Assembly (NCBI RefSeq): GCF_000690725.1
Contig: NW_007578739.1
Span: 60,997 to 77,212 of the forward strand
DNA from: Stegastes partitus
Lineage: Eukaryota
Length of the DNA stretch: 16,216 bases
Direction of reading: 5' to 3'
Shown here: in pieces, positions 1 to 9,138 of the stretch
Layout: each line of letters begins with the position of its first letter
Numbering within the stretch: position 1 is the first letter of the stretch
Notes under the pieces: model-generated
Told to the model about the DNA's origin: nothing
What the model saw: the letters and a program-made list of their open reading frames with translations, nothing else
Database searches by the model: none
Made by a program: the position numbers and the translations under genes

Positions 1-39
<39 letters not shown>

Positions 40-46
40 TGTGTGT
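1..46. repeat. (GT)n microsatellite, about 18 pure units then interrupted
   Basis: Direct reading: gtgtgt...gtgggtgtgtgtgtc. Confidence 0.95.
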
Positions 47-55
47 CGAGGTCAC

Positions 56-745
56 ACTTTGTCTCTCATGTCCTGCTTTTTGTATCTTTGCAGTTATATT
101 TTGTCTCTTCGTTGTCGTTTCTTTTGATTAGTTTTTTGTTTTTTTGTGGTTGTTTGGATCTTTTTTTACATTTTTAGTGTTTAATGATTGTGTTTTTTCC
201 CTTTTTTGTTTTGGGTGGTTTCCCTACTTGGTCAGTTTTTGCATCTCTTTGGTTCTTTTTAATCTCTTTTTCGTTGTATTTTGTCTCTTTGCGATAATTT
301 TTTGTGTATTTTTGTCGCTAGCTTGTATCTGTGGTCGTGTTTTTCATCTCAGGGGTCATTGTTGTGTCTTTGTAGTGGTTTCTGTCTGGTTTTAATCTCT
401 TTATGGCTGCATCTTGTCTCTTTTGGGATAGTTTTATGCACGTTTGTTATTTTTGTGTCTTTGTGGTCGCTGTTTTTTATGTCTGTGGCAATTTTTTGTG
501 TCTCAGTTGTCGTATTTTATCAATAATTGTTTTTCGGCGTCTTTGTTTTTTGTGCCTTTTGATCGTTTTATCTTCCATCTTTGTGTTTTTCTTAATCTTT
601 GGTCATAATTTGTCTTTTTGTGGTTGTTTTGTATCTCTGGTTTTTAATGTCTTTGTCTCCTCGTGGTTGTTTTTTGTCTCTTTTTTATTTGTGTTCATAT
701 TTTTGATTGTGTGGTAGGTTTTTTTTATTTTTTTAGTGGAGCTCT
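56..745 (+). repeat. A-depleted T/G-rich low-complexity block with recurring ttttgtctct, tttgtgtct and ttgtatct motifs (degenerate minisatellite-like)
   Basis: There is almost no A on the + strand over about 660 bp. Short T-rich motifs recur irregularly. The ORF-track peptides here, rich in F, V, L and C, are translation artefacts. Confidence 0.8.
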
Positions 746-827
746 GTGACTTCTTTCCAGTCATTGATACTCAGCTCCAGGTCACAGTTATTGATCAGTA
801 TTTGTGGCAGAAGCTCTGAAAAAATAC

Positions 828-836
828 TTTTTAAAA
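828..836 (+). promoter_or_regulatory. TATA-like element (ctTTTTAAAAtgg) about 70 bp upstream of the first ATG; candidate core promoter
   Basis: An AT-rich TTTTAAAA motif sits at a plausible distance if transcription starts around 860. Alternatively, the AGs at 872-873 or 889-890 could be acceptors of an upstream non-coding exon, as in human MVP. There is no direct evidence for either. Confidence 0.2.
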
Positions 837-905
837 TGGCATTGACTTTTTTTTATCTCTTCTTGTTTAACAGGTTATTGCTCTCTGCAGGATTTCACAA
901 CAATC

Positions 906-1069
906 ATGTCTAAGAAGGGAGGAAACCGAGGGCCGGAGATGGAGGGGCCGGTGGAGGGCTCCATCATCCGGATCCCACCTCACCACTACATCCACGTTCT
1001 GGACCAGAACACCAACATCGCCCGCGTGGAGATCGGGCCGCTGACTTACATCCGGCAGGACAATGAGAG
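906..1069 (+). CDS. mvp: MVP coding exon 1 (ATG 906; [54 protein letters not shown] + AG of split Arg codon)
   Basis: Translation matches the conserved MVP N-terminus (human ...[39 protein letters not shown]). The donor GT at 1070-1071 leaves AG (phase 2), completed by A at 1150 to give Arg. A second in-frame ATG at 939 has a stronger Kozak context and could be the real start. Confidence 0.85.
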
Positions 1070-1149
1070 GTCAGACAGAACCAGATCTCACGGCTGCTTC
1101 TACTGAATCGCGGTCAGAATATAAATCCAAGTTTGACTTCTTTTCCCAG

Positions 1150-1345
1150 AGTGCTCTTTTCGCCGGTGCGAATGGTCATGGTGCCGCCTCGTCACTACTG
1201 CGTGGTCGCCAACCCGGTGGCCCGCGATGACAACGGCCAGGTCCTCTTCGACCAAGCAGGGCAGGCCAAGCTCCGCCATGCCGACCTGGAGATCCGGCTG
1301 ACCCAGGACCCGTTTCCTCTTTACCCCGGCGAGGAGGTCCAGCAG
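1150..1345 (+). CDS. mvp: MVP coding exon 2 ([66 protein letters not shown])
   Basis: Acceptor ttttcccag|A at 1148-1149 and donor CAG|gtctgt at 1346. Near-identical to human [26 protein letters not shown]...[22 protein letters not shown]. Confidence 0.9.
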
Positions 1346-1573
1346 GTCTGTGGGGTTATTAATGTCAGAGAAATATTTGATGTTGTTTTTGCACATTTGT
1401 GGACATATTTCTTTCTTTTTTGGAGTCACAGTTTGTCTGCTTTTGTTAGTTTCTTTGTGGTTGTATTTAGTCCCTTTGTGTTCTGTTAACCCAACAGAGG
1501 AAGTTGGTTTATGTGAGAGAAGTGTTCGGTGTATTGTTGGTCAGATTCGTGACGCTCAGTGTTTTCCTTTCAG

Positions 1574-1697
1574 GACGTAACAACGCTGCAGATCGTGTAT
1601 CCCGACACGGCTCTGCGTCTTCAGGCTCTGCTGGACTTCGAGGAAGCTGACGGACAGAAGAGGGTGGCTGGAGACGAGTGGCTGTTTGAGGGACCAG
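1574..1697 (+). CDS. mvp: MVP coding exon 3 ([42 protein letters not shown])
   Basis: Acceptor ttccttTCAG at 1572-1573 and donor G|gtaggt at 1698. Matches human ...[38 protein letters not shown]. The exon ends in phase 1. Confidence 0.9.
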
Positions 1698-1893
1698 GTA
1701 GGTCCACCTGCACTCAGGGACACACCTGAAAGTTTTACTCTTATTTGTTCACTCTGAATCATTAAGCATTTTCCATTTAGGATGTCATTAATTAACAGTA
1801 AATCGACTAAATGCTGTTAATAATTCAACAGATGAAAATTATATTAAACAATAAGGCAAAAGAAGAAGGTCATGCATGTCAGAAAATGTCTTG

Positions 1894-1969
1894 TAGCTCA
1901 GCTGTAGTCCCTGATTGTTCCACCAGGGGGAGCCTCTGACTATTCAATACTGTAGAGACCAGAGGAGGC
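1894..1969 (+). repeat. 5' part of an interspersed repeat, the same family as the intron 8 copies (..ctgtagtccctgattgttccaccagggggagcctctgactattcaatactgtagagaccagaggaggc)
   Basis: About 85% similar to 8511-8590 and to 8160-8205. Confidence 0.7.
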
Positions 1970-2594
1970 ATCATTCATGCTGTGTTCGTATTTGGACGCG
2001 TTTACAAGTTGACTCGCTTCATTCGCGCGTCTGCCAGGAATTCCCGCCCGTTTCCTGCCATTTTCCAATGTGCTATCATCAAACATGGCTGTGCTCGACA
2101 ACACTGCTGCTTTGTAACTGCTGTGGAAGGCCCAGAAACGATGGAGATCCAGACGCCGCCGTGTCTAGGTCCATCAGCTCCTCCAGAGAAGCATATAGCT
2201 CGGGGAGTTCCACGGCCTTCTCCAGGAGCTGCCCCTGGGTGATGACTGCTTCCAGCGCTATTTTTGGCTGACCCAGTTTGACAACCTGTTGGAGAGGATT
2301 GGTACCAGGACAACCCTCCAGGATACTAGGATACGTCACCAGAGGTTCTCAACACTGATTGGCCATCATGGCATGAATGTTCACTTGAGTTCAGATTTTT
2401 CAACTTGCGCGAATTTGCGTCATTTGCGCCTTTCGCTCTTTTAATGCAGCAGGATTCGTGTCATTTGCGCAGCGGTATTCGCGCCGCAGGACGTGTACTT
2501 GCGTCTAATCGCGTCTTCACATTGACTTTACATGTAAATCATTTGCGCGAATGATTTTACATGCATCTGGTGTGAACACAACATCGGACTACAG
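1970..2594. mobile_element. About 625-bp segment interrupting the intron 3 repeat copy; candidate nested non-autonomous element with a CpG-rich interior and 'atttgcgc' subrepeats
   Basis: The flanking halves (1894-1969 and 2595-2700) are contiguous in the intron 8 copies. The ends show imperfect inverted similarity (catgctgtgttcg vs gtgaacacaacatcgg). The interior has repeated (c)atttgcgc(g) motifs and a near-palindrome, aaatcatttgcgcgaatgattt, at 2538-2560. Confidence 0.45.
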
Positions 2595-2700
2595 ATAGTT
2601 TATGTTGGCAAGCAGAGAGCATTGTGGGAGTTTAGCTAGCAACGGGCACCATGACAAAGACTTCTGTGCAGGTTACTGACCTCCAGCTGACTCAGACCAG
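2595..2700 (+). repeat. 3' part of the same interspersed repeat (agtttatgttggcaagcagagagcattgtgggagtttagctagcaacgggcaccatgacaaagacttctgtgcaggt...)
   Basis: Matches 8590-8665 and 8205-8290 (gttggcaagcagag...caccatgaca..cttctg). Confidence 0.7.
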
Positions 2701-2943
2701 ATCAGGGTCTGAAGCACTCCTCCTGAGTTCTAAGTACAACAAACACTGTCGGTTTGTTCCTGATAAGGGAACCTCAACCAGCTTCAAGTCCTCTAATTCT
2801 TTGAGCAGTTTAGTGTCTACTCTGAATAAACACACAAAGACTGTGATTGTTTCTCTATAGCTTCGAGACATCATATTTGTTTATTCAGGTCACGCTCTGC
2901 AGCTTTTTTCTTATGTTTGTGACTCACAGTCGTGTTGTTTCAG

Positions 2944-3075
2944 GTACATACATCCCACGGAAGGAGGTGGTGGTTCTGGAGACCATCAAGGCCACAGTGA
3001 TCCGTGAGAACCAGGCCATCAGGCTGAGAGCTCGCAAGGAGGGCCAAGACCGAGGAGGAGTCCAACGGGTCACAG
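2944..3075 (+). CDS. mvp: MVP coding exon 4 ([45 protein letters not shown])
   Basis: Acceptor tgtttcag|GT at 2942-2943 and donor G|gtaaca at 3076. Matches human [33 protein letters not shown]...RVTG. The phase-1 ends are consistent with exon 3 and exon 5. Confidence 0.9.
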
Positions 3076-3646
3076 GTAACACACTCACCTGGACACACCT
3101 GTAGGAGTGTGACTGCAAAATTCTGCATGATTTATAGCCTCTCCACTCTTTCTCTACTCAGTACCTCAGCTGTAGGAAGATGCTTCACCATGCTGAATGT
3201 ATCTTCCAACAACTTGCTCCTCTGTTCACTGTTTGTTTGCATTTTTAAAAAATCCATCCAGGATGTGAATCTGGTTCAAGCAAACTTTTGATTTTTTTCA
3301 AATGTTGAAGTGTCACATGTAGACACGTGACGTCTCGATTCTTAAGCTCAGATTTGTTGAAGCTTTCTAACAGAATCACAGATGAGTTGTCCAAGGACGG
3401 TTTCATTTTCATAGTTTTTTTTTGCCACATTTTGGGTTCAGATGGTTAAAGGCACGATCTGCATAATGTGCTGCATTCAGTGGCAACCAGGAATTTTCGA
3501 CTTTTCAATTTAAAATTAAAGATCGCACCACCAGAAGTTGATTTTTTTTTTACTCCGTAACCCAACGTATTCATTTCACCCTTGTGCCATTAAAAGTTAG
3601 TTAGTTTCACCTGTGACTGAACCACCTGTCCCCGTGTGTTGTCCAG

Positions 3647-3741
3647 GTGAGGAGTGGCTGGTCCGGAAGGTGGGAGCTTACCTGCCGGGTGCTCACGAGG
3701 AGGTCATCGACATCGTCAACGCCTTCATCCTGACTGACAAG
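3647..3741 (+). CDS. mvp: MVP coding exon 5 ([32 protein letters not shown])
   Basis: Acceptor ttgtccag|GT at 3645-3646 and donor AAG|gtgact at 3742. Matches human [31 protein letters not shown]. Confidence 0.9.
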
Positions 3742-4573
3742 GTGACTCAGAACTTCGTCGACTTCCTAAACTCTTAAGTCTGATGATGTGTTCGAGCTGC
3801 TGCTGACTTCTTATGATCTCAGATAACTCATTTACTTCCTTTATTTCAGCGTTGCACAATGTATTATTCACACTGAGTGCCGTTTCATGTTCTTTATGCA
3901 AAAGTTGTTTCAGGTCCGTTGGACAGAGCTGCAGCTAACTATTAGTTTCACTTTTGATTATTTTCTGGATTAATCAGTTAGTTGTGAAAAGTGTGGATCA
4001 GCATTCCTTCAGATTGCTCAGATTATTCAGTTTACTGCCACAGAGGAGGAAAGAAACCAGAAAATATTCACATTTAAAGCTGCAATCGCAGAATTGAGAC
4101 TGTTTTTATAAAAATATTATTGCATTGATCATCAAAATAGTTACCAACTGTTGATGTTTGATTGCTTCGGCTGAAGAAAACTTTAAATGGAGACCTAAAT
4201 AACGTAGTGTGTTTATCTGCATGACTGTATAAAACATGAAACTGTGTTAATTTGGAAAAATCAAGTCTTTGTTGTAACATATCCCTTTTTTCATTATTAA
4301 TTTATTCATCTGCATAAGAGGAGAGAAACTAATATGCATTTTTTAGCAGGAAAATAAATTTAGATCAACATGGATTTGAAAAGTCTTAACTCAACTGTAA
4401 TAAAAACTAAACTCATGTATCGCTAAACAGCAGCAGCTCCCATTAGGGCCACATTTCACATGTCTGTAGCTTCTAAGCTGCTGTCGATGTCTGAGCTGCA
4501 TCTGTGTGGTTCAGGTTCGTTGCACACAGCTGCAGGTTTGTGGTGTATTTACACTGACTTCCTGTCTCTCCAG

Positions 4574-4810
4574 AGAGCGCTGCACGTTCGCGCTTTGCGG
4601 CCCTTTAAAGACGCCGGTGGACGTGACCGGCGTACTGGGGAGGAGTGGCTTGTCACCATGGCCGACCGCGAGGCGCATATCCCGTCGGTGGCCGAGGAGG
4701 TGGTCGGGGTGGTGGACGTGACCACGCTGAGCAGCCGGCAGTACTGCGTCATCCTGGACCCGGTCGGACCCGATGGGAAGCCTCAGCTGGGCCAGAAGAG
4801 GGTGGTGAAG
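4574..4810 (+). CDS. mvp: MVP coding exon 6 ([79 protein letters not shown])
   Basis: Acceptor ctctccag|AGA at 4572-4573 and donor AAG|gtaaaa at 4811. Matches human [27 protein letters not shown]...[23 protein letters not shown]. Confidence 0.9.
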
Positions 4811-4985
4811 GTAAAACTGATTATCCAGTTTCATTAATTAGCAGCTAAAGTTGACTTTTTTTGTTTCTTTTAATCATCAAAATGTCAGCATTCATCAGAA
4901 TCTGTCCATCAGCCCGTTTATGTACATGAAAAAACAACAATGTTAATTCAACCTCAGATCATCACATTTTTTAGAAACTATTATT

Positions 4986-5352
4986 GCTCGCGGGCTGCAG
5001 GGTGGTTCAGTGGTCAGCACTATTGCCTCGCAGCTAGAAGGTCGCCGGTTTACATCCCGGTGAGGACACCCGGGATCTCTCTGTGTGAAGTTTGCATGTT
5101 CTCCCCGTGCAGCGTGGGTTCTCTCCAGGTTCTCCGGCTTCCTCCCACACAGTCCAAAAACATGTTGAGGTTAATTGATGAGTCTAAATTGTCTGTAGGT
5201 GTGAATGTGAGTGTGCTTGGTTGTCTGTCTCTAAGTGTAGCCCTGTGATAGACTGGTGACCTGTCCAGGGTGTCCCCTGCCTTCACCCTGAGTCAGCTGG
5301 GATAGACTCCAGCCCCCCATGACCCTAGTGAGGATTAAGCGGTGTATAGATG
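4986..5352 (+). mobile_element. tRNA-derived SINE typical of teleost genomes, in intron 6
   Basis: The head is tRNA-like, with a box-A-like ggtggttcagtggtcagcac and a degenerate box B, ggtttacatcccggtg. It is followed by the characteristic teleost SINE core, tgtgtgaagtttgcatgttctccccgtgc...ctgtgatagactggtgacctgtccagggtgtcccctgcc...agctgggatagactccagcccccc. I recognise this from memory as a widespread percomorph repeat but cannot name the exact family. Confidence 0.8.
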
Positions 5353-5540
5353 ATGGATTATTGCTCGCCCATCTCTGAAATTTCTGAATCTTTTTAAAGA
5401 TATTTGTCAAACTTAGTGTTGAACTGTACAAGCTCCAGCAACTGCAAGCTTCAATCACACCTGCCATTTCTGCAAGAGTTGCTCAATCTAGTTTTTTCTT
5501 TACATTTGATGAACTAACTTCTTTTTCTTCCCTCCGTCAG

Positions 5541-5666
5541 GGCGAGCGCTCGTTCTTCCTGCAGCCTGGCGAGCAGCTTGAAAACGGCATCCAGGATGTT
5601 TACGTTCTGTCGGAGGAGGAAGGTTTGGTGCTGCGAGCCGTCGAGGCCTTTAATGACACCCAGGAG
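5541..5666 (+). CDS. mvp: MVP coding exon 7 ([42 protein letters not shown])
   Basis: Acceptor ccctccgtcag|GGC at 5539-5540 and donor GAG|gtgaga at 5667. Matches human [34 protein letters not shown]. Confidence 0.9.
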
Positions 5667-7327
5667 GTGAGAATCACCACCCAGCCTCGTTACTGGGGTG
5701 TAAACAATTTAATAAGGCACAAGTTTGTCTGAAAATTGCAGCCCTGAATCTTAACAATGACTTCTTTTGATCGAGTGCTCAGTGTAGAGACCTAAAAATT
5801 TGTCATATTCAGCTTTCTAGAAGTCCTTAAAAAGATCATGGGTGGTATGTTGTTCCATCAGGAAAGATAACCAAATGTGTTCCTAAATTCATGTGATATG
5901 TCATGAGAGTCAGTTTATTCTACGTGTCTCGTTTAAAACTGCGCCAAAAACAAATGGTTTGCTCCAGATTCTGCAAAAAACAAAACATTTTGAGCTCCTG
6001 GGTGACTCGGCTGTGAACAACAGTCTCATGACCAAAACTCAGAGTGTTCGGTTGAACTGCAGGCAGTGCTCCAACTCCTGGTGGTTCTGGATGATTCCTG
6101 ACGTTTCCAGAAGGTGAATGAGGTCGACAAAAGTCCACTTTATCAGCAGTCTTTCTCCAACAGGAGCAGAAAGTTAAAAGCTTTCCATCTCTTTCATGCT
6201 CAATAGATCTTGGCAACTTTCAAGTTTATTATTTATTCATGAGTTAATTTATGTCTCCATGTTGAATAAGACTTACATTAAATAAACTCGGCTTAAACTA
6301 AGATTAGCTTCTTATGCTGCAGGTGGAATCTGTTGAACCCTGAAACTGGCCGGCGGATTTGAAAGACGTGCTCTTTTTTAAAAAAACGCAATAAAACAGC
6401 CGTAAAGTGCGAGAACGTTCTACTTCCAGTCCTTTAAAGGATCTTGTGTAAGATGTGGAGGAGCAAGTTGTTGGACGATGCATTCAACACGGGGAAACAT
6501 CTTTCTTCAGCTGACATGCACATAATAGGTTTCTGCAGCTCCACCAAACACAGTTTTTCATGTTTTACAACCTTCGTTTGTCTTCGTGCGTCTCTGTGTG
6601 GAGCTGCTGGACCAGAAAGGAATGAAGCTCAGGGAGGAGCTGGTGTGTAAAGATCGTCCTGTGCAACCGGTCGATCTGAGAAGACAGATTAGAAAAGCAA
6701 ATGCTGTCTTTTCACAGGGGTGTGCTTTGCTGAAAGACCACCGGCAGGTCTATAGAGACTGGTATGAAGCTGCAGGTGTGTCTGTGGACTCTGGGGTTTA
6801 AAGGTGACACCACACCTGCTGTGGTTGGGTTTGGCTCTGCTGCTGCTGTTTATCTGGTTGGTTTCCAGGAGTTACACCTTAAAACGGCAGCAATGAGGTC
6901 AGAGGATTGTTCGCAAACAGCAAGACAAGCAGGTACAAAGTCTGAGCTATAAATTCATTTACAAACTATCAAGCAAACATGTCATTCACATCGTCCCTTT
7001 CCACACAGCAGCAGAAACTTAATTAAATGAGGCGGACATGTGAAGCTAGAATATGGTAGAAACGGGCACTGCCATCTTCTTCTGGAGGCGTCCTGTACAA
7101 TCAGGAGTGAACAGCAGCAGTTTTAGCATTTAACAGTTGAATATGTCTGTCCGGAAATAACATGATGGATACCTGTGATGTCATTCTGTAAAAACAACAA
7201 GTAGAGATCAGTTTTGAAAATAATAGTTGCAGTCACCACATACCAGACACTTATAATGCAGTCCTGACATAATTGTCTGAGGAAGGATGACAAATTCACC
7301 TTTTAATCTGATAAAAGGTCAAATAAA

Positions 7328-7400
7328 TGTAGTGGAGTAAAAAGTCAAAGTCGCCTAAAAGCCTCAAAAGTTACTTGAGTACTTGTTACTTAGCAGCACT
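7328..7400. repeat. Possible fragment of a fish interspersed repeat or MITE (gtagtggagtaaaaagtcaaag...aaaagttacttgagtacttgttactt)
   Basis: The 'agtggagtaaaaagt' and 'tacttgagtacttgttactt' motifs resemble repeat terminal sequences common in teleost genomes. This is a memory-based impression only. Confidence 0.3.
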
Positions 7401-7436
7401 GGTCTGAATGAGGTTTGGATGAAGCTGCTTTGTGTT

Positions 7437-7735
7437 CTTCACTTCCCCATCTTCCCTCCTAACCTGGCTAACCCATCTTCCCCCAACTCTTCTTCTTCTT
7501 CTTCTTCTCTTTTTTCTTATTCTCTTCCCTTCATCCTCACATCGTCCACCCTTTTCATTTCTTCACGTTGTTTTCCTTTCATGATTCTTGTTTTACTCAG
7601 TGCCTCCCTCCATCCCCCTCTCCTTCTCCTTCTCCTCCTCCTCTTCCTCCTCCTCCTCCGCCGCCGCTCCGATGCATCGCCACGTTAACCCTTCTTTCCG
7701 TCCTCCTCCTCTCTCTCCAACGCTCTCTCTGCCAG
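7437..7735 (+). repeat. Extended CT-rich polypyrimidine low-complexity tract, including (CTT)6 and (CTC/TCC)n runs, immediately upstream of exon 8
   Basis: Direct reading. It continues uninterrupted into the exon 8 acceptor. The ORF-track peptides here (poly-S, P and L) are artefacts. Confidence 0.9.
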
Positions 7736-7948
7736 CAGGAGGAAGAGGAGGACGAGGAGGCCCAGCAGGAGGAGAGGGCCAAGCGCTCCCGGAGGAGCGG
7801 TGTCCTGCGTCGCCCCGGAGACCGCTGGATGCTGCGCGGTCCCATCGAGTACGTTCCCCCCGCCACGGTGGAGGTGGTGCTGAGGCAGCAGGCCATCCCG
7901 CTGGACGAGAACGAGGGCATCTACGTCCGGGACATCAAAACTGGAAAG
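7736..7948 (+). CDS. mvp: MVP coding exon 8 ([71 protein letters not shown])
   Basis: The 3' two-thirds matches human [43 protein letters not shown]. Donor AAG|gtccga at 7949. The acceptor sits at the end of a roughly 300-bp CT-rich tract (..ctctctctgccag|CAG) and is a CAGCAG tandem acceptor at 7733-7738. The exact 5' end is less certain; in-frame alternative AGs lie at 7738 and 7765/7768. Confidence 0.75.
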
Positions 7949-7973
7949 GTCCGAGTTAGAAAATGTAGCGCTG

Positions 7974-8295
7974 TTTTGTTGTGTTTCAAAACCAAAGACT
8001 TTACATCAGAGATGTCCTGATCGGATCTCAAAGATCAAGATGGGTGATCTTTAAACTGATTGGTATCAGCTTGGGATGTTCTGATCTCTTTATTTGCCTC
8101 TGATTAATTTCCTATAGATTGCCTCTACTAGTTTGCTGCGAGCTGTATTAGCTCTGCCTCGCACTGTTTAGTCCTGTAGAAACCAGAGGAGGTGGTAGCT
8201 CCATGTTGGCAAGCAGAGCGTATTGTCAAGGTTTAGGTAGTAAAGAGTAAACACCATGACAAAGGCTTCTGTGTGGCGTAATGAGCTCAGCTCTT
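7974..8295 (+). repeat. Tandem-duplicated repeat unit A in intron 8
   Basis: Aligns at roughly 80% identity with 8318-8678. Shared blocks include aaccaaag..tttacatcagagatgtcctgatcggatctcaaagatcaagat, tatcagcttgggatgttctgat, and ccagaggaggtggtagctccatgttggcaagcagagcgtattgtcaaggtttaggtag...caccatgacaaaggcttctgtg. Confidence 0.8.
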
Positions 8296-8317
8296 TTTCA
8301 GGGAAAATAATCTGTTT

Positions 8318-8678
8318 TTGTACTTTTAGTGTCTTTTAACACCAAAAGTGTTAAATCATGGATGTCCTGATCTGATCTCAAAGGTCAGGATTGGAGCAGA
8401 TCAATACATTTTTTTACTGATCGATATCAGCTTGGGATGTCCTGATTAAGGTTATCCTGCTCGGATTCATGTAATATTTGGTGTCTGCTGATGCCATTTA
8501 CCGTTTGTCGGTTAGCTGTAGTACCTGGTTGTTCCACCAGGTGGAGCCTCTTACTGTATTAAACTGTTGCAACCAGAGGAGGCGGCAGTTTATGTTGGCA
8601 AGCAGAGAGTACTGTTCAAGTTTATCTAGTGAAGAGGCACCATGACATCTTCTGAGGCGTAATGAGCCCCAGCCAGAG
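8318..8678 (+). repeat. Tandem-duplicated repeat unit B in intron 8, the most complete copy of the family
   Basis: Same blocks as unit A, plus the 5' 'gctgtagtacctggttgttccaccaggtggagcctcttactg' portion that is also present at 1901-1945. Confidence 0.8.
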
Positions 8679-8824
8679 CTCTGATACTGAATCAAGTTGT
8701 GATCATTTAAGACATGAGCTCTTAACTGTAGTTGGATAAATAATATAACAGAAGTAATATAATAATAATATTAACCCTGCACACTGTCGATCACTCGTTT
8801 GAACTAACGCTGTCCGGCCTCCAG

Positions 8825-9060
8825 GTGCGAGCAGTGATCGGTCACACCTACATGCTGACTCAGGACGAGGAGTTGTGGCAGAAGGAGCTTCCTGCGAAGG
8901 TCGAGGCCCTGCTGACGTCCCGCATCGACCCGCTGGCCGACCGCTCGGACCGCAGGGGGGTGGTGGATCAGGAACCGAGGGACAAGACCAAGGTGGTGTC
9001 CTTCAGGGTCCCCCACAACGCCGCTGTCCAGGTGTATGACTACAGGGAGAAGAAAGCCAG
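8825..9060 (+). CDS. mvp: MVP coding exon 9 ([80 protein letters not shown])
   Basis: Acceptor ccggcctccag|GTG at 8823-8824 and donor AG|gtggga at 9061. Matches human [23 protein letters not shown]...[25 protein letters not shown]. The exon ends in phase 2. Confidence 0.9.
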
Positions 9061-9138
9061 GTGGGACAACCTGCCATGAAGGTTTGGAGGGCGCGGGTTA
9101 AAACAAACCAGCTGACCCGGTGGTGGTGTCGTCCACAG

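Noticed and set aside
144-717. Three overlapping + strand ORFs (83, 81 and 104 aa) rich in Phe, Val, Leu and Cys
   Set aside because: They lie entirely within the A-depleted T/G-rich low-complexity block. The open frames are a consequence of the lack of A, which leaves few stop codons, and do not reflect coding.
1100-1429. Minus-strand ORFs antisense to MVP exons (1100-1429, 4511-4834, 8804-9016, 9098-9304, 13380-13625, 7597-7920)
   Set aside because: These are shadow ORFs of GC-rich coding exons on the opposite strand. They have no independent support and would break the consistent + strand gene model.
3318-3345. Small palindrome with an E-box: gtcacatgtagacacgtgac
   Set aside because: It has only 5-bp arms around CACGTG. 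Such motifs occur frequently by chance in introns, and there is no supporting context.
5893-6216. Intronic ORFs (+74 aa, -98 aa) tested as possible Tc1/mariner transposase remnants
   Set aside because: I tried aligning them mentally to a Tc1-like transposase (Sleeping Beauty-type) motif order, FWR...ETK...FGH. The order and sequence do not match, and there is no other recognisable domain.
7568-8020. The long + ORF (150 aa) that begins with a poly-Pro/Ser translation upstream of exon 8
   Set aside because: Its N-terminal part is a translation of the CT-rich intronic polypyrimidine tract. Only the portion from 7736 onward aligns to MVP. It is an intron read-through artefact of the ORF caller.
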